From: an uncultured Desulfobacterales bacterium | GTDB taxonomy: Bacteria; Desulfobacterota; Desulfobacteria; Desulfobacterales; C00003060 | Reading direction: 5' to 3' | DNA length: 60,447 nucleotides | Assembly (NCBI GenBank): GCA_964502635.1 | Contig: CAZCXI010000001.1 | Location: 1-60,447 of the forward strand | Shown: positions 1 through 8,673 of the stretch, one piece after another | Position numbering within the stretch: position 1 is the stretch's first letter | How the letters are laid out: each line of letters opens with the position of its first letter | Position numbers and translations under genes: made by a program | Notes under the pieces: model-generated | What the model was told of the DNA's origin: nothing | Seen by the model: the letters and a program-made list of their open reading frames with translations, nothing else | Databases searched by the model: none

Positions 1-91
1 AGTTAGCATTCCTTAACGCTGAACACCTCAAGTGCTTTCTCCCAAAAATGCTCAATTTCGCTCACAAAAGACTTCCAACGAAACCATCAAC
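1..91. repeat. Partial copy (right arm, cut by the window edge) of the intergenic palindromic repeat family called R1 here
   Basis: nt 1-91 align by eye, base for base with a few mismatches, to 23304-23392 (agt.agcatt.cttaacgc..gaca.ctca.gtgc.tttctcccaaaatgctcaat.tcg). The terminal acgaaaccatcaa also matches 10398-10409. Confidence 0.6.
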
Positions 92-214
92 ATTTTAGGA
101 GGACACGAATTGCCATGGCCCTGATGGATGTATCGGCATGCGACGTGGAAAGCTTGAAGGTAAGAGCTCCGCATAAAAAGCGTTCCGGCAAAAGGGCAAA
201 ATGGGGTATAGAGA

Positions 215-895
215 GTGTCCATGGAAAAGGAAATTGCGAAGCGACTGGCATCCAGGCAATGGAAGAAAATCACCAATGAAAAGCTGGTGGCGTCTGCAGT
301 GTTGCTGCTGCTTCTTGAAAAAGATGGGCAGTACCAGGTGCTCTTTACAAGAAGATCAGACAAGGTGGAACACCACAAAGGTGAGATTTCTTTCCCAGGA
401 GGCACGGTGCGCCCGGATGACGCGGACCTCCTTGACACGGCCCTGCGAGAAGGCGCTGAAGAGATCGGCATTGCCGCCGGTGATGTGACCATTCTGGGGA
501 GGCTGGACGACATTTTGACGGTGTCGACCGGTTTCGTGATCACGCCCTATGTGGGGATTCTTCCCTATCCCTATGCGTTTCAAATCAATAGAGACGAAGT
601 TGCCGAGTTGATTTTTGTGCCTTTAGGGGCCCTAGCCAGGCACGGCTGCATGAAGGCCTCGGAAGTGACCCTGGAAGGAAAAGAAATCAGGACATGCGCC
701 TTTGACTATCAAGGCGACAGGATTTGGGGCGCTACGGCCCGCATCGTCAAACAGTTCCTCGATATTACCAGGGATACCACGGGTAGGGATAATACGGATA
801 AGGGTACCACGGATAGTACCAGTAATCGTAGTAGGGATAGTAAGGCCGGGTGTAACGGGGTTCCTTGGGCCAGAGATAAATTTCTTCGGCCTTGA
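215..895 (+). CDS. Nudix hydrolase, CoA pyrophosphatase (NudL-like)
   Basis: Nudix box GGTVRPDDADLLDTALREGAEEIGI. GTG start at 215, with ATG at 221 as an alternative. The last ~40 codons are low-complexity and run antisense through the Tyr/Pro-rich tail of the convergent Slp gene. Confidence 0.8.
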   Translation: MSMEKEIAKRLASRQWKKITNEKLVASAVLLLLLEKDGQYQVLFTRRSDKVEHHKGEISFPGGTVRPDDADLLDTALREGAEEIGIAAGDVTILGRLDDILTVSTGFVITPYVGILPYPYAFQINRDEVAELIFVPLGALARHGCMKASEVTLEGKEIRTCAFDYQGDRIWGATARIVKQFLDITRDTTGRDNTDKGTTDSTSNRSRDSKAGCNGVPWARDKFLRP

Positions 896-1286
896 TGACC
901 GGATACCGGTATGTCCGGTTGCCCAACGGTTGAGGCGACACCCCCGAGACCTCCCCTCCCACGGTGAGCTTGCGATCTTTGCGGTAAATCTCAGGATCAA
1001 GGAATTTGTCGGTTCGCACCACAAACCGACCTTGAGAGAGATCTGTTGCTTTGGGCTCGTTCCGAGAATTCAATGGCGCCTGCAACACGGTGATCCGGGT
1101 ACCATCCGGCTCGTTGACGGTTTCCAGGATATAGCCCCCCAAAACGATCCTTTCGCCCCGGTGGGCGTCTCCTTTAAGGAGCTCATGAAACGGGACAGGT
1201 GGTCCGACCTGCTGCCGAAATTGCCTCGATGGGACAGTGGCGCAGCCGGCATAAATCCCCAGGGTCAGCAACACCATGAAGGACAC
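765..1286 (-). CDS. Slp-family outer-membrane lipoprotein with an aromatic/proline-rich C-terminal tail
   Basis: Lipobox LGIYAG-C. Core resembles the next gene (GERIVLGGYIL, VLQAPL, SQGRF, FLDPEIY). The ORF-track start at 1478 overlaps the upstream gene, so GTG 1286 (or ATG 1277) is more plausible. The tail reads RPYYPYYDYWYYPWYPYPYYPYPWYPW. Confidence 0.7.
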   Translation of the reverse strand: MSFMVLLTLGIYAGCATVPSRQFRQQVGPPVPFHELLKGDAHRGERIVLGGYILETVNEPDGTRITVLQAPLNSRNEPKATDLSQGRFVVRTDKFLDPEIYRKDRKLTVGGEVSGVSPQPLGNRTYRYPVIKAEEIYLWPKEPRYTRPYYPYYDYWYYPWYPYPYYPYPWYPW

Positions 1287-1344
1287 CAGAAGCTTCCACT
1301 CGCCCCCTAATTTGTCCTCTGAGGACTCAGAGAAGGCGATGGCG

Positions 1345-1845
1345 TTACAACCAGGTTCCCACACCAATGCCGAAATGGAAACTGGGGGATTTGCGTACGG
1401 TGGCCGGCCATGACTTAATCTCAATGGCTTCCACCACGGGATAGACATACTGAAACCCTCCGATAGATCGAACTTCACTGCCGGCGACTCTGCCCACCAC
1501 AGTCAGCAGGCTTCCTGCCTGATAGATGGCCGGATCGAGAAACTGTTTGGATTGAACGATATAACGGCCCTGGGAGCGGTCGCCGTCTTTTGGCCGACCC
1601 CTCGTATCCAGCGGCAGTTGCAGAACCGTAATCTCCGAGGAGGTCTCAGAGCCTTGAGTTGCTACGACCTTGCCACCGAAGATGACGGTCGCTCCTGTAT
1701 GCTCATCCGGGGCCTTTTGCAGCGCCGCGAACGTTCCCTGATAGGTGACCTGGGAGCGGGCCTGCTGGGAAATGCCCGTTGCGCAGCCGAGCATCATCAA
1801 GATAACGCAGAAGCCAACAAATCGAGCGGTCCATGTCACGGCCAT
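1345..1845 (-). CDS. Slp-family outer-membrane lipoprotein
   Basis: Signal peptide plus lipobox ILMMLG-C. Slp-like core (VIFGGKVV, VLQLPLD, SQGRYIV, FLDPAIY). Tandem paralog of 765..1286. Confidence 0.75.
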   Translation of the reverse strand: MAVTWTARFVGFCVILMMLGCATGISQQARSQVTYQGTFAALQKAPDEHTGATVIFGGKVVATQGSETSSEITVLQLPLDTRGRPKDGDRSQGRYIVQSKQFLDPAIYQAGSLLTVVGRVAGSEVRSIGGFQYVYPVVEAIEIKSWPATVRKSPSFHFGIGVGTWL

Positions 1846-1887
1846 TTCCTCCTTCCAGCTCGCATGTCGTAGCTATCTCATATCAAG

Positions 1888-2178
1888 GGTGACGGCTTGT
1901 AAAAAGTCGATTTTACTCACTGCTGAGCAGCTGAAGTGCCTGTCTCCCAGTTCGAGACCTTTGAATAACCTCGGAAAGCGACAATTATGAGGTTTTTGGG
2001 TACCCATCCGGGCGAAGCGAACGGCCCGCCCTAGTGGGCAAATCGCAAGCTGTTTGAGGCCGTTAGGCCGAGTTCTTGCGATTTAGTGAGCAAGATCTCA
2101 GATGGGTCAAAAACCTCATATCAAAGAGCGAGCCGAGGTTATTCAAAGGTCTCAGTTCGTAAAATACGAGTCTGTCAA
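1888..2178. repeat. R1-family intergenic element with nested long inverted repeats
   Basis: Begins with gggtgacggcttgtaaaaagtcgattttactca (compare 23176-23211) and ends with acgagtctgtca (compare 23379-23390). Contains a perfect 21-bp inverted repeat (1954-1974 / 2133-2153), an imperfect one (1987-2008 / 2101-2119) and a perfect 10-bp one (2040-2049 / 2075-2084). Confidence 0.7.
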
Positions 2179-2266
2179 ACATAAATAAGGCAATTAGAGT
2201 CGAGTGTCAATGCAGACCGGCAGAGGATCTATGCATCACAATGTTAAGTTGTTCTTGGGCGAGCCC

Positions 2267-4807
2267 TTAGTCCCTGTGCCGGGGATCACGCTTTGAGGCA
2301 ACACCGCGCGGTCGCTTGATGATGGTGGCAAGCTTCACGGTCCTGTCTGACAGGGCAAAGATATCGCGCAGTGCATCGGTGCACTTCACGTGCCGTCCGG
2401 GGGACACATTCAGCCTCATTTCGGCTGTCGATGGCGACACAAGGCGAAGTTCGGCAACAACGTCCTTGAGATCGATGGTTTTCACGCGACCTTTTCGATC
2501 CGTTTTCGTGAAAGCCCGCGTGGTGCTTCTCAGGAAGTCCTTCAGCCTGGCCTCCGAAAATGTGGCTTCTTTCAGGGTAACCGTGTAGTGGAACGGATCG
2601 AGCTTTTTGGGTGGGGACCGATCCAGGGCCGGAACGCACGCCGTGATTTTGAGGCCATCCGGCAATTGCTCGTTGACCCGCTCGAGGAGGGAAGCGGGCT
2701 CAACGTGGAGCGCTACATCCACGAAGAAGTGTTCTTCCGTGCTTTCAATGCCTACAGGCAGCGCTGCTGTGAAGGAGACCTTCGGCGCTGGATGAAACCC
2801 CTCGGAGAATCTCAAGGGGATTCCGGCGCGTCTGAAGGCGCGCATAAAGAGCTTAACGAGTTCCAGGTGTCCAAAATACCTGGCCGGGCCTCGCTTGGCA
2901 TAGGAAACGTCAAGGTTCTTGAAAGAGCGTGTAGCTGTCTTTCTTGGAAGGCCATGGCCAACCTTGGCCAGCGCTTGTGCTTCAAAGGTAACCGGTTTGA
3001 CGGTCTCAAAGTCGCACACCCCGCACAGGTTGCACTCGTCGTGCCGGCAATCCGGGGTCTGGGTAACGGCCAGGGCCTTTTCCCACTCCTTTTCCAAGAA
3101 TGCCTTGGAGACCCCACAATCTATGTGATCCCAGGGCAGGGGTTCTGAGAGGTCGCGGCCTCGGGTTGTGTAGAAATCCAAATCAACACCACAGGCGTCC
3201 ATCGCCTTTTTCCATCGCGTGTATTTGAAGTGATCACTCCATCCATCAAAGCGGCAGCCCATCTCATAGGCCTTGATCAACAACCGGCTTAATCGTCTGT
3301 CACCTCTTGCCCAGAGTCCTTCAAGGATGCTCATTTCAGGGGTTTGCCACTTGAAGCGGATACCCCGGCTCCTGAGCCTGCTCCGGAGCGAGCGAATCTT
3401 CTCTTTGCTTTCGGCCAGCGAGATCTGATGGCACCACTGGAAAGGGGTATGGGCCTTTGGAATGAAGGTGGAGACACTGACAGTAACGTCTTTATGGCCC
3501 GTGGCACTGGAACCGATCCTTTGCAACCGTTTCACGAGCCCCACAATCGCATCGACGTCTGCTTCGGTCTCCGTGGGCAGCCCGATCATGAAGTAAAGCT
3601 TGATGAGTCGCCATCCCATATCAAAGGCACTCCGCACCGTGTCTTCCAAGGCTTGCTCGGTGATATTCTTGTTGATGACTTGACGGAGACGCCGGCTTCC
3701 GGCTTCAGGGGCAACCGTGAAGCCTGTTTTTCTCACCCGCTTGATCTGGGCCATGAGCGTCTCGGTGAGGCTTCCAACCCGCAGAGAAGGCAGAGAAACG
3801 GCAATGTTGTCCGGCCCGCATCGGTCCATTAGCCGATCTATGAGAATTTGGATAGCACCATAGTCGCCGGTGCTGAGGGAGAGCAAGGAGATGTCCTCAT
3901 AGCCCGTGCTGCCCAGGGCGCGATCTGCCAGGTAAAGGACGCTTTGCGGAGCACGTTCGCGCACTGGGCGATAGATCATCCCGGCCTGGCAGAATCGGCA
4001 CCCTCTCGTGCAACCCCGGCATATCTCAAGGCTCAAGCGGTCGTGGATCGGGTTGCCAAAGGCAACGACGGGACGGTCTGGATACGGCGCTTCGTTGAGG
4101 TCGGAAACCAGGGCCTTGTGCACAACATCGTAGCCGGAGAACCGGGGGGTGAGCGCCTGGCGCCCTCTGACGTCCTGGTATGCCTCAAAGAAAGAAGGAA
4201 TATAGACGCCTCGCAGTTGTGACCATCTTTCAAGGAGTCTTTGACGGGTACCCCCGGCTTCCTTCCATTGGAGCCAGGTCTCCGCCAGCTCAACCACGAC
4301 CTCTTCACCATCACCTATAACCATGGCGTCGAAAAAGTGGGCGAGGGGTTCGGGATTGAACGTGCAGGGGCCGCCAGCGACAACAAAAGGGTGTGCGTCG
4401 TCCCGGTCTCGTGCATAGAGCGGAACGCCGGAAAGGCTTAACATGTTCAATATATTAGTAAAAGTAAGTTCATACAACAGGCTGAAACCCAGGATGTCAA
4501 AGTCCGCAAGGGGTCTGTGCGTCTCAAGAGAGCACAGCGGGGTGTTGGTGGCCCGCAGCTCTGCTTCAAGATCAAGCCCAGGAGCAAAGACCCTTTCGGC
4601 AGCAATGTCTTCTCGTGCGTTTAGAACATGGTATAGTATCTGGATGCCGAGGTGAGACATTCCTACCTCGTAAAGATCGGGGAAGGCCAGGGCGACCCGG
4701 AGCCGAACCTTGCGTGGATCTTTGCGAACTGCATTGATCTCCGAACCGAGGTAATGGCTGGGATGTCGAATCAGGGGGAGTATATCCTCAAGGCATTGAC
4801 GGCTCAT
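2267..4807 (-). CDS. B12-binding-domain radical SAM protein fused to a radical-SAM-associated C-terminal domain (TIGR03960/TIGR03936-type architecture)
   Basis: 846-aa ORF with radical SAM motif CRGCTRGCRFC, the N-terminal HPSHYLGSEIN signature typical of this family, and a long C-terminal extension. Confidence 0.8.
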   Translation of the reverse strand: MSRQCLEDILPLIRHPSHYLGSEINAVRKDPRKVRLRVALAFPDLYEVGMSHLGIQILYHVLNAREDIAAERVFAPGLDLEAELRATNTPLCSLETHRPLADFDILGFSLLYELTFTNILNMLSLSGVPLYARDRDDAHPFVVAGGPCTFNPEPLAHFFDAMVIGDGEEVVVELAETWLQWKEAGGTRQRLLERWSQLRGVYIPSFFEAYQDVRGRQALTPRFSGYDVVHKALVSDLNEAPYPDRPVVAFGNPIHDRLSLEICRGCTRGCRFCQAGMIYRPVRERAPQSVLYLADRALGSTGYEDISLLSLSTGDYGAIQILIDRLMDRCGPDNIAVSLPSLRVGSLTETLMAQIKRVRKTGFTVAPEAGSRRLRQVINKNITEQALEDTVRSAFDMGWRLIKLYFMIGLPTETEADVDAIVGLVKRLQRIGSSATGHKDVTVSVSTFIPKAHTPFQWCHQISLAESKEKIRSLRSRLRSRGIRFKWQTPEMSILEGLWARGDRRLSRLLIKAYEMGCRFDGWSDHFKYTRWKKAMDACGVDLDFYTTRGRDLSEPLPWDHIDCGVSKAFLEKEWEKALAVTQTPDCRHDECNLCGVCDFETVKPVTFEAQALAKVGHGLPRKTATRSFKNLDVSYAKRGPARYFGHLELVKLFMRAFRRAGIPLRFSEGFHPAPKVSFTAALPVGIESTEEHFFVDVALHVEPASLLERVNEQLPDGLKITACVPALDRSPPKKLDPFHYTVTLKEATFSEARLKDFLRSTTRAFTKTDRKGRVKTIDLKDVVAELRLVSPSTAEMRLNVSPGRHVKCTDALRDIFALSDRTVKLATIIKRPRGVASKRDPRHRD

Positions 4808-5209
4808 GGTTTCCTTGTTATCAATTTCTAAGCTACGCGTAGCCCTCTTGGGCGTAGCAAGGATCGTCGCATGCCACGGCCGGCCAGAAGGCTACCTTGG
4901 TCGAACCCGTTGTCGTCCGATACGGTGTGTGGGTATGATGGGTTTTCGCCAAGGGTAAACGACACGGCCATTTTTGGCCTTTTTGTGGACCTCACCGTCT
5001 GTGTATTGATCAATAACCGACTGTATCGATACAACCTGTTGTTATTGTGTGCTTTTGTGTCGGTTTCCGTGGCGTTTCTTTCAACGCTGGGGTAAACTCT
5101 AACGATTTGTCATCAGGTCTGTCAAGAGACAGGCTGCGACCTTTCCGGTAAGGTCGGAATCGATTTGAGGTTTATCACATCTGAAATCCATAAGGAGGCA
5201 TGGATTCTC

Positions 5210-6622
5210 ATGATGCGTTGTGTGGGTGGTCATCGTGGGACCTTCGTGGCGCTGGTTTTCATGCTGCTGGGACCGGTTGCCTTCCTATCGGCAGATGCCC
5301 GGGGCCTTCCTTATTCACGAGAGAACGCAGTGGTTCAAGCGGTCAAAAAGGTGAGTCCCGCAGTCGTCAATATTAGCAGTGAATACGAGGTGATAGCGCG
5401 CTCTAACCCTTTTTTTGATTCCGGCCTTGATCCCTTCTTCGACTCCTTTTTCAGAGACTTCTTTGATCCGCATTATCAGCGGCGTTATAAGGGCCAGAGC
5501 CTTGGCTCCGGCGTGATCATTGACGGCAGTCGGGGCTATATCCTGACTAATGAACACGTCATCGCAAGGAGCGCAAAGATCAGGGTTGTGCTGAAAGACG
5601 AGCGGGGGTTTGATGCTGAGCTCGTGGGGGCAGCTCCAGATTTTGACCTCGCGGTCCTGAAGATAGAGACCGATGGGACTTTGCCGGCTGTCGGGATGGG
5701 CGAGTCCGACGACCTTATGATCGGGGAGACGGTCATTGCTATTGGCAACCCATTCGGGTTTTCTCACAGCGTGACCACAGGGGTCATCAGTGCCCTGCAC
5801 CGCTCTGTGCAGGCGGCAGAGCGAACCTATCGGGACTTTATCCAGACCGACGCTTCCATCAATCCTGGAAACAGCGGAGGGCCACTGCTGAATATCAATG
5901 GCAACCTCATCGGCATCAATACAGCCATCTATTCAAAGGCGCAGGGTATTGGTTTTGCCATCCCTATCAACAGGGCCAAGCGGGTCGTGGATGATCTCAT
6001 CAGGTATGGCGAGATACATATCCCCTGGCTGGGTTTGTTTGTCCAGGATCTTGACCCGCAACTGGTGCACTATTTCAACATCCCACAAGGACAAGGTGTG
6101 TTGGTATCTAGAGTGACAGAGCATGGTCCTGCTCAGGCGGCCGGTCTGCGAGCCGGCGATGTGATCACCGCCGTAGGACAAAGGGGTGTGACTTCCACGG
6201 AGAGCTATCATGCGATCATCCGGGATTATTCCGATGGAGATGTCATCCCGGTCAGTGTCTGGAAAAATGGTACGGCTCACGTCATGCGCGTTGCTTCCCG
6301 CACGTTCCCCGAGGCCCTGGCCGAAGACCTCGGCTATGAGGCGCTGGGCGTTCGAGTGCAGGAGGTCTCCACGGCACTGCGCCATAGGTTTGCAATAGCG
6401 GCCAGGGACGGCGTGGTGGTCACGGAACTTCGGCAGGGTTCCTATCTTCAGCGCATCGGGGCACGGCCCGGTGACGTCTTGCGCAAGATCAATGAAATGG
6501 TGATAAGAACGGTGGATGACTTCAAGGCGGCGGTGATCAAGTATCGGCAAAAGGAATCCGCCGTGCTGCTCATACAACGGCGCAATCAGCAGTATTACGT
6601 GACGGTGAAATCGGACGTGTAG
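5210..6622 (+). CDS. HtrA/DegP-family periplasmic serine protease with PDZ domains
   Basis: Catalytic triad context TNEHVI / DLAVLKI / GNSGGPL, plus two PDZ-like C-terminal segments. AAGGAGG at 5192-5198 precedes ATG 5210. The TTG start at 5165 in the track is less likely. Confidence 0.85.
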   Translation: MMRCVGGHRGTFVALVFMLLGPVAFLSADARGLPYSRENAVVQAVKKVSPAVVNISSEYEVIARSNPFFDSGLDPFFDSFFRDFFDPHYQRRYKGQSLGSGVIIDGSRGYILTNEHVIARSAKIRVVLKDERGFDAELVGAAPDFDLAVLKIETDGTLPAVGMGESDDLMIGETVIAIGNPFGFSHSVTTGVISALHRSVQAAERTYRDFIQTDASINPGNSGGPLLNINGNLIGINTAIYSKAQGIGFAIPINRAKRVVDDLIRYGEIHIPWLGLFVQDLDPQLVHYFNIPQGQGVLVSRVTEHGPAQAAGLRAGDVITAVGQRGVTSTESYHAIIRDYSDGDVIPVSVWKNGTAHVMRVASRTFPEALAEDLGYEALGVRVQEVSTALRHRFAIAARDGVVVTELRQGSYLQRIGARPGDVLRKINEMVIRTVDDFKAAVIKYRQKESAVLLIQRRNQQYYVTVKSDV

Positions 6623-6651
6623 AACGGTATCAGAGGACTTTCGCGGGAAAC

Positions 6652-8094
6652 ATGATGAACATGGGCCGAACGCCTCTCAGGACATTGACTAAGTTTATTG
6701 TTTTCTTGCTCATGCCGTCGTTATGTCTGGGTGCCTGTGGAAAGAACAAAGCCCTGGAACGCATTGAAAAGTCAGGCACGATAACGGTGATCACCCGGAA
6801 CAACGCTCATTGTTATTACAGATACCGGGATCAGGACATGGGTTTTGAATACGATCTGGCAAACGCCTTCGCTGATTTCCTGGGCGTTGAACTGAAGCTG
6901 AAGGTGGCCGAATCTTGGAACGGATGGCTTCCATTGCTGAACAACGGGGAGGGAGACCTGGTGGCTGCAAGCATGACCATCACGCCTTCGAGGATGCAGT
7001 GGGTAGATTTTTCAAAAGGCTACTTGCCTGTCCAGCAAATGGTCATTACTCACAAGAAGAACACAGACGTAAGAGGCCTGAACGACCTTGGGGGAAAAAC
7101 CATCTATGTTCGCGGCGGGACTTCCTATGAGGAAAGACTGCGGGAATTAAAGCGAAGGGGCCTTAATATTACGATCAAGGCCGAGGACGACGTGCCTACA
7201 GAAGAGCTGATCCAGGCCGTGGAGGAAGGCAAGATCGAAGTCACCATGGCAGATTCTAACGTGGCCCTGTTAAATCGTCGTTACTACCCGGACATACGCA
7301 TCGCTTTTCCCATCCAGAAACTTCAGGCCTTGGGCTGGGCCGTAAAAAAGGGGGAAACGGCCTTGCTGGATAGAATCAACGAATTTTTTGGCATGATTGA
7401 AAAAGATGGCACCTTCAAGGCCATATACAATCGATACTATGCCGACGTGGAAAGGTTCGACCGTCTCGATATCAAGAAATTTCAGCAGAGAATCGAGTCT
7501 CGCCTGCCCAGGTATGAGAAGACGATCAAAAAGGCCGCTGAGCTATATAGGTTTGACTGGCGTTTGATTGCGGCCCTCATCTATCAGGAATCTCAATTCA
7601 GGCCTTGGGCGAGAAGTTTTTCCGGGGTGAGGGGGCTCATGCAACTCACCCTGCCGACTGCCCGGGACGTTGGTGTCGAGAACCGGCTGGACCCCCACCA
7701 AAGCATCATGGGGGGGGTCCGATACTTAAGAAGGCTTTATAGCTGGCCTGATGAAATCCCTGAACCGGACAGGCTCCTGATGGCCCTTGCCGCCTACAAC
7801 GTTGGCAAGGGGCATATACAAGACGCGCGGAGGCTGGCCTCGGACATGCACCTTGATCCCAACAGATGGTCGTCTCTGGAAAAGACGTTGCCGTTGTTGC
7901 GCGAGCTCAAGTATTATAAGAAGAGCAAGTTTGGATATTGCCGGGGCACAGAGCCCGTCGACCATGTACAGCAAATCATGACATACTATGACATTCTCAA
8001 GAGGCAGGCCATTGAAAATGAGGGGAGAGGGAGCGGCAAACGAGAGGATGTTTCACGTGAAACATCCTCTCCGTGGCCTCATTGTCGCGGCTAA
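6652..8094 (+). CDS. mltF: Membrane-bound lytic murein transglycosylase F-like protein (solute-binding domain plus SLT domain)
   Basis: Signal/lipoprotein-like N-terminus (SLCLGAC), a family-3 solute-binding-like domain, and the SLT motif YQESQFRPWARSFSGVRGLMQL. Confidence 0.8.
   Translation: MMNMGRTPLRTLTKFIVFLLMPSLCLGACGKNKALERIEKSGTITVITRNNAHCYYRYRDQDMGFEYDLANAFADFLGVELKLKVAESWNGWLPLLNNGEGDLVAASMTITPSRMQWVDFSKGYLPVQQMVITHKKNTDVRGLNDLGGKTIYVRGGTSYEERLRELKRRGLNITIKAEDDVPTEELIQAVEEGKIEVTMADSNVALLNRRYYPDIRIAFPIQKLQALGWAVKKGETALLDRINEFFGMIEKDGTFKAIYNRYYADVERFDRLDIKKFQQRIESRLPRYEKTIKKAAELYRFDWRLIAALIYQESQFRPWARSFSGVRGLMQLTLPTARDVGVENRLDPHQSIMGGVRYLRRLYSWPDEIPEPDRLLMALAAYNVGKGHIQDARRLASDMHLDPNRWSSLEKTLPLLRELKYYKKSKFGYCRGTEPVDHVQQIMTYYDILKRQAIENEGRGSGKREDVSRETSSPWPHCRG
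8042..8071. other. Perfect 30-nt palindrome inside the 3' end of mltF
   Basis: gagaggatgtttcacgtgaaacatcctctc is its own reverse complement and lies 23 nt before the mltF stop. Confidence 0.6.
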
Positions 8095-8358
8095 CGCGTG
8101 AGCGCTCTTGCGGAGGGGGCGAGCGTCCATGATTTCTTTGCCTTGATGGTGAAGGTGTTGTCGATACCTTGGTTTTGCGGCGAGCATTTGTAACGAATCA
8201 GTCGATGAGGAGGTGAAGATCCATTCTTGTCCTGAAATCAGGCCGGCAGGGATGGCGTTTTGTCACACGAATATCGTACCTTCGGCCCTCAGGGCTCTTG
8301 GCGATGCCCTGAGGGGTTTCGAGTTTAACTGGCTCATTCAGAAAAGGGAGGTAGAACC

Positions 8359-8673
8359 ATGTTGGATCTCATCAAGAAGACGATGTTGACAGGTGTAGGG
8401 TTGGCCGGTTTGACCAAGGACAAGGTCGAAAAATTGGCCAAGGAACTGGCAAAAAAGGGGAGGCTTTCCGAGCAGGAGGGAAAGAAGCTACTCGATCATC
8501 TCTCGAAGAAATCAGAGAAAGCGAGGAAGGATCTGGAGGCCCAGATAGAAAGAGTCGTAAAGAAGACCATGAAGAAGATGAATCTTGCTACACGAGAAGA
8601 TGTGTTGAAACTCACGAAACGGATAAAGAAGCTGGAGGGGGCATTGAAAGACAAAGAGGGGGCGAGGTGCTGA
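8359..8673 (+). CDS. Phasin-like small coiled-coil protein (the type commonly found upstream of ubiB)
   Basis: 104 aa, Lys/Glu-rich and helical. AGGGAGG RBS. Overlaps the ubiB start by 7 nt. Confidence 0.6.
   Translation: MLDLIKKTMLTGVGLAGLTKDKVEKLAKELAKKGRLSEQEGKKLLDHLSKKSEKARKDLEAQIERVVKKTMKKMNLATREDVLKLTKRIKKLEGALKDKEGARC

Noticed and set aside
4828-5095. Two small ORFs (68 and 74 aa) between the radical-SAM gene and htrA.
   Set aside because: There is no RBS or motif, and they lie in a divergent promoter region.
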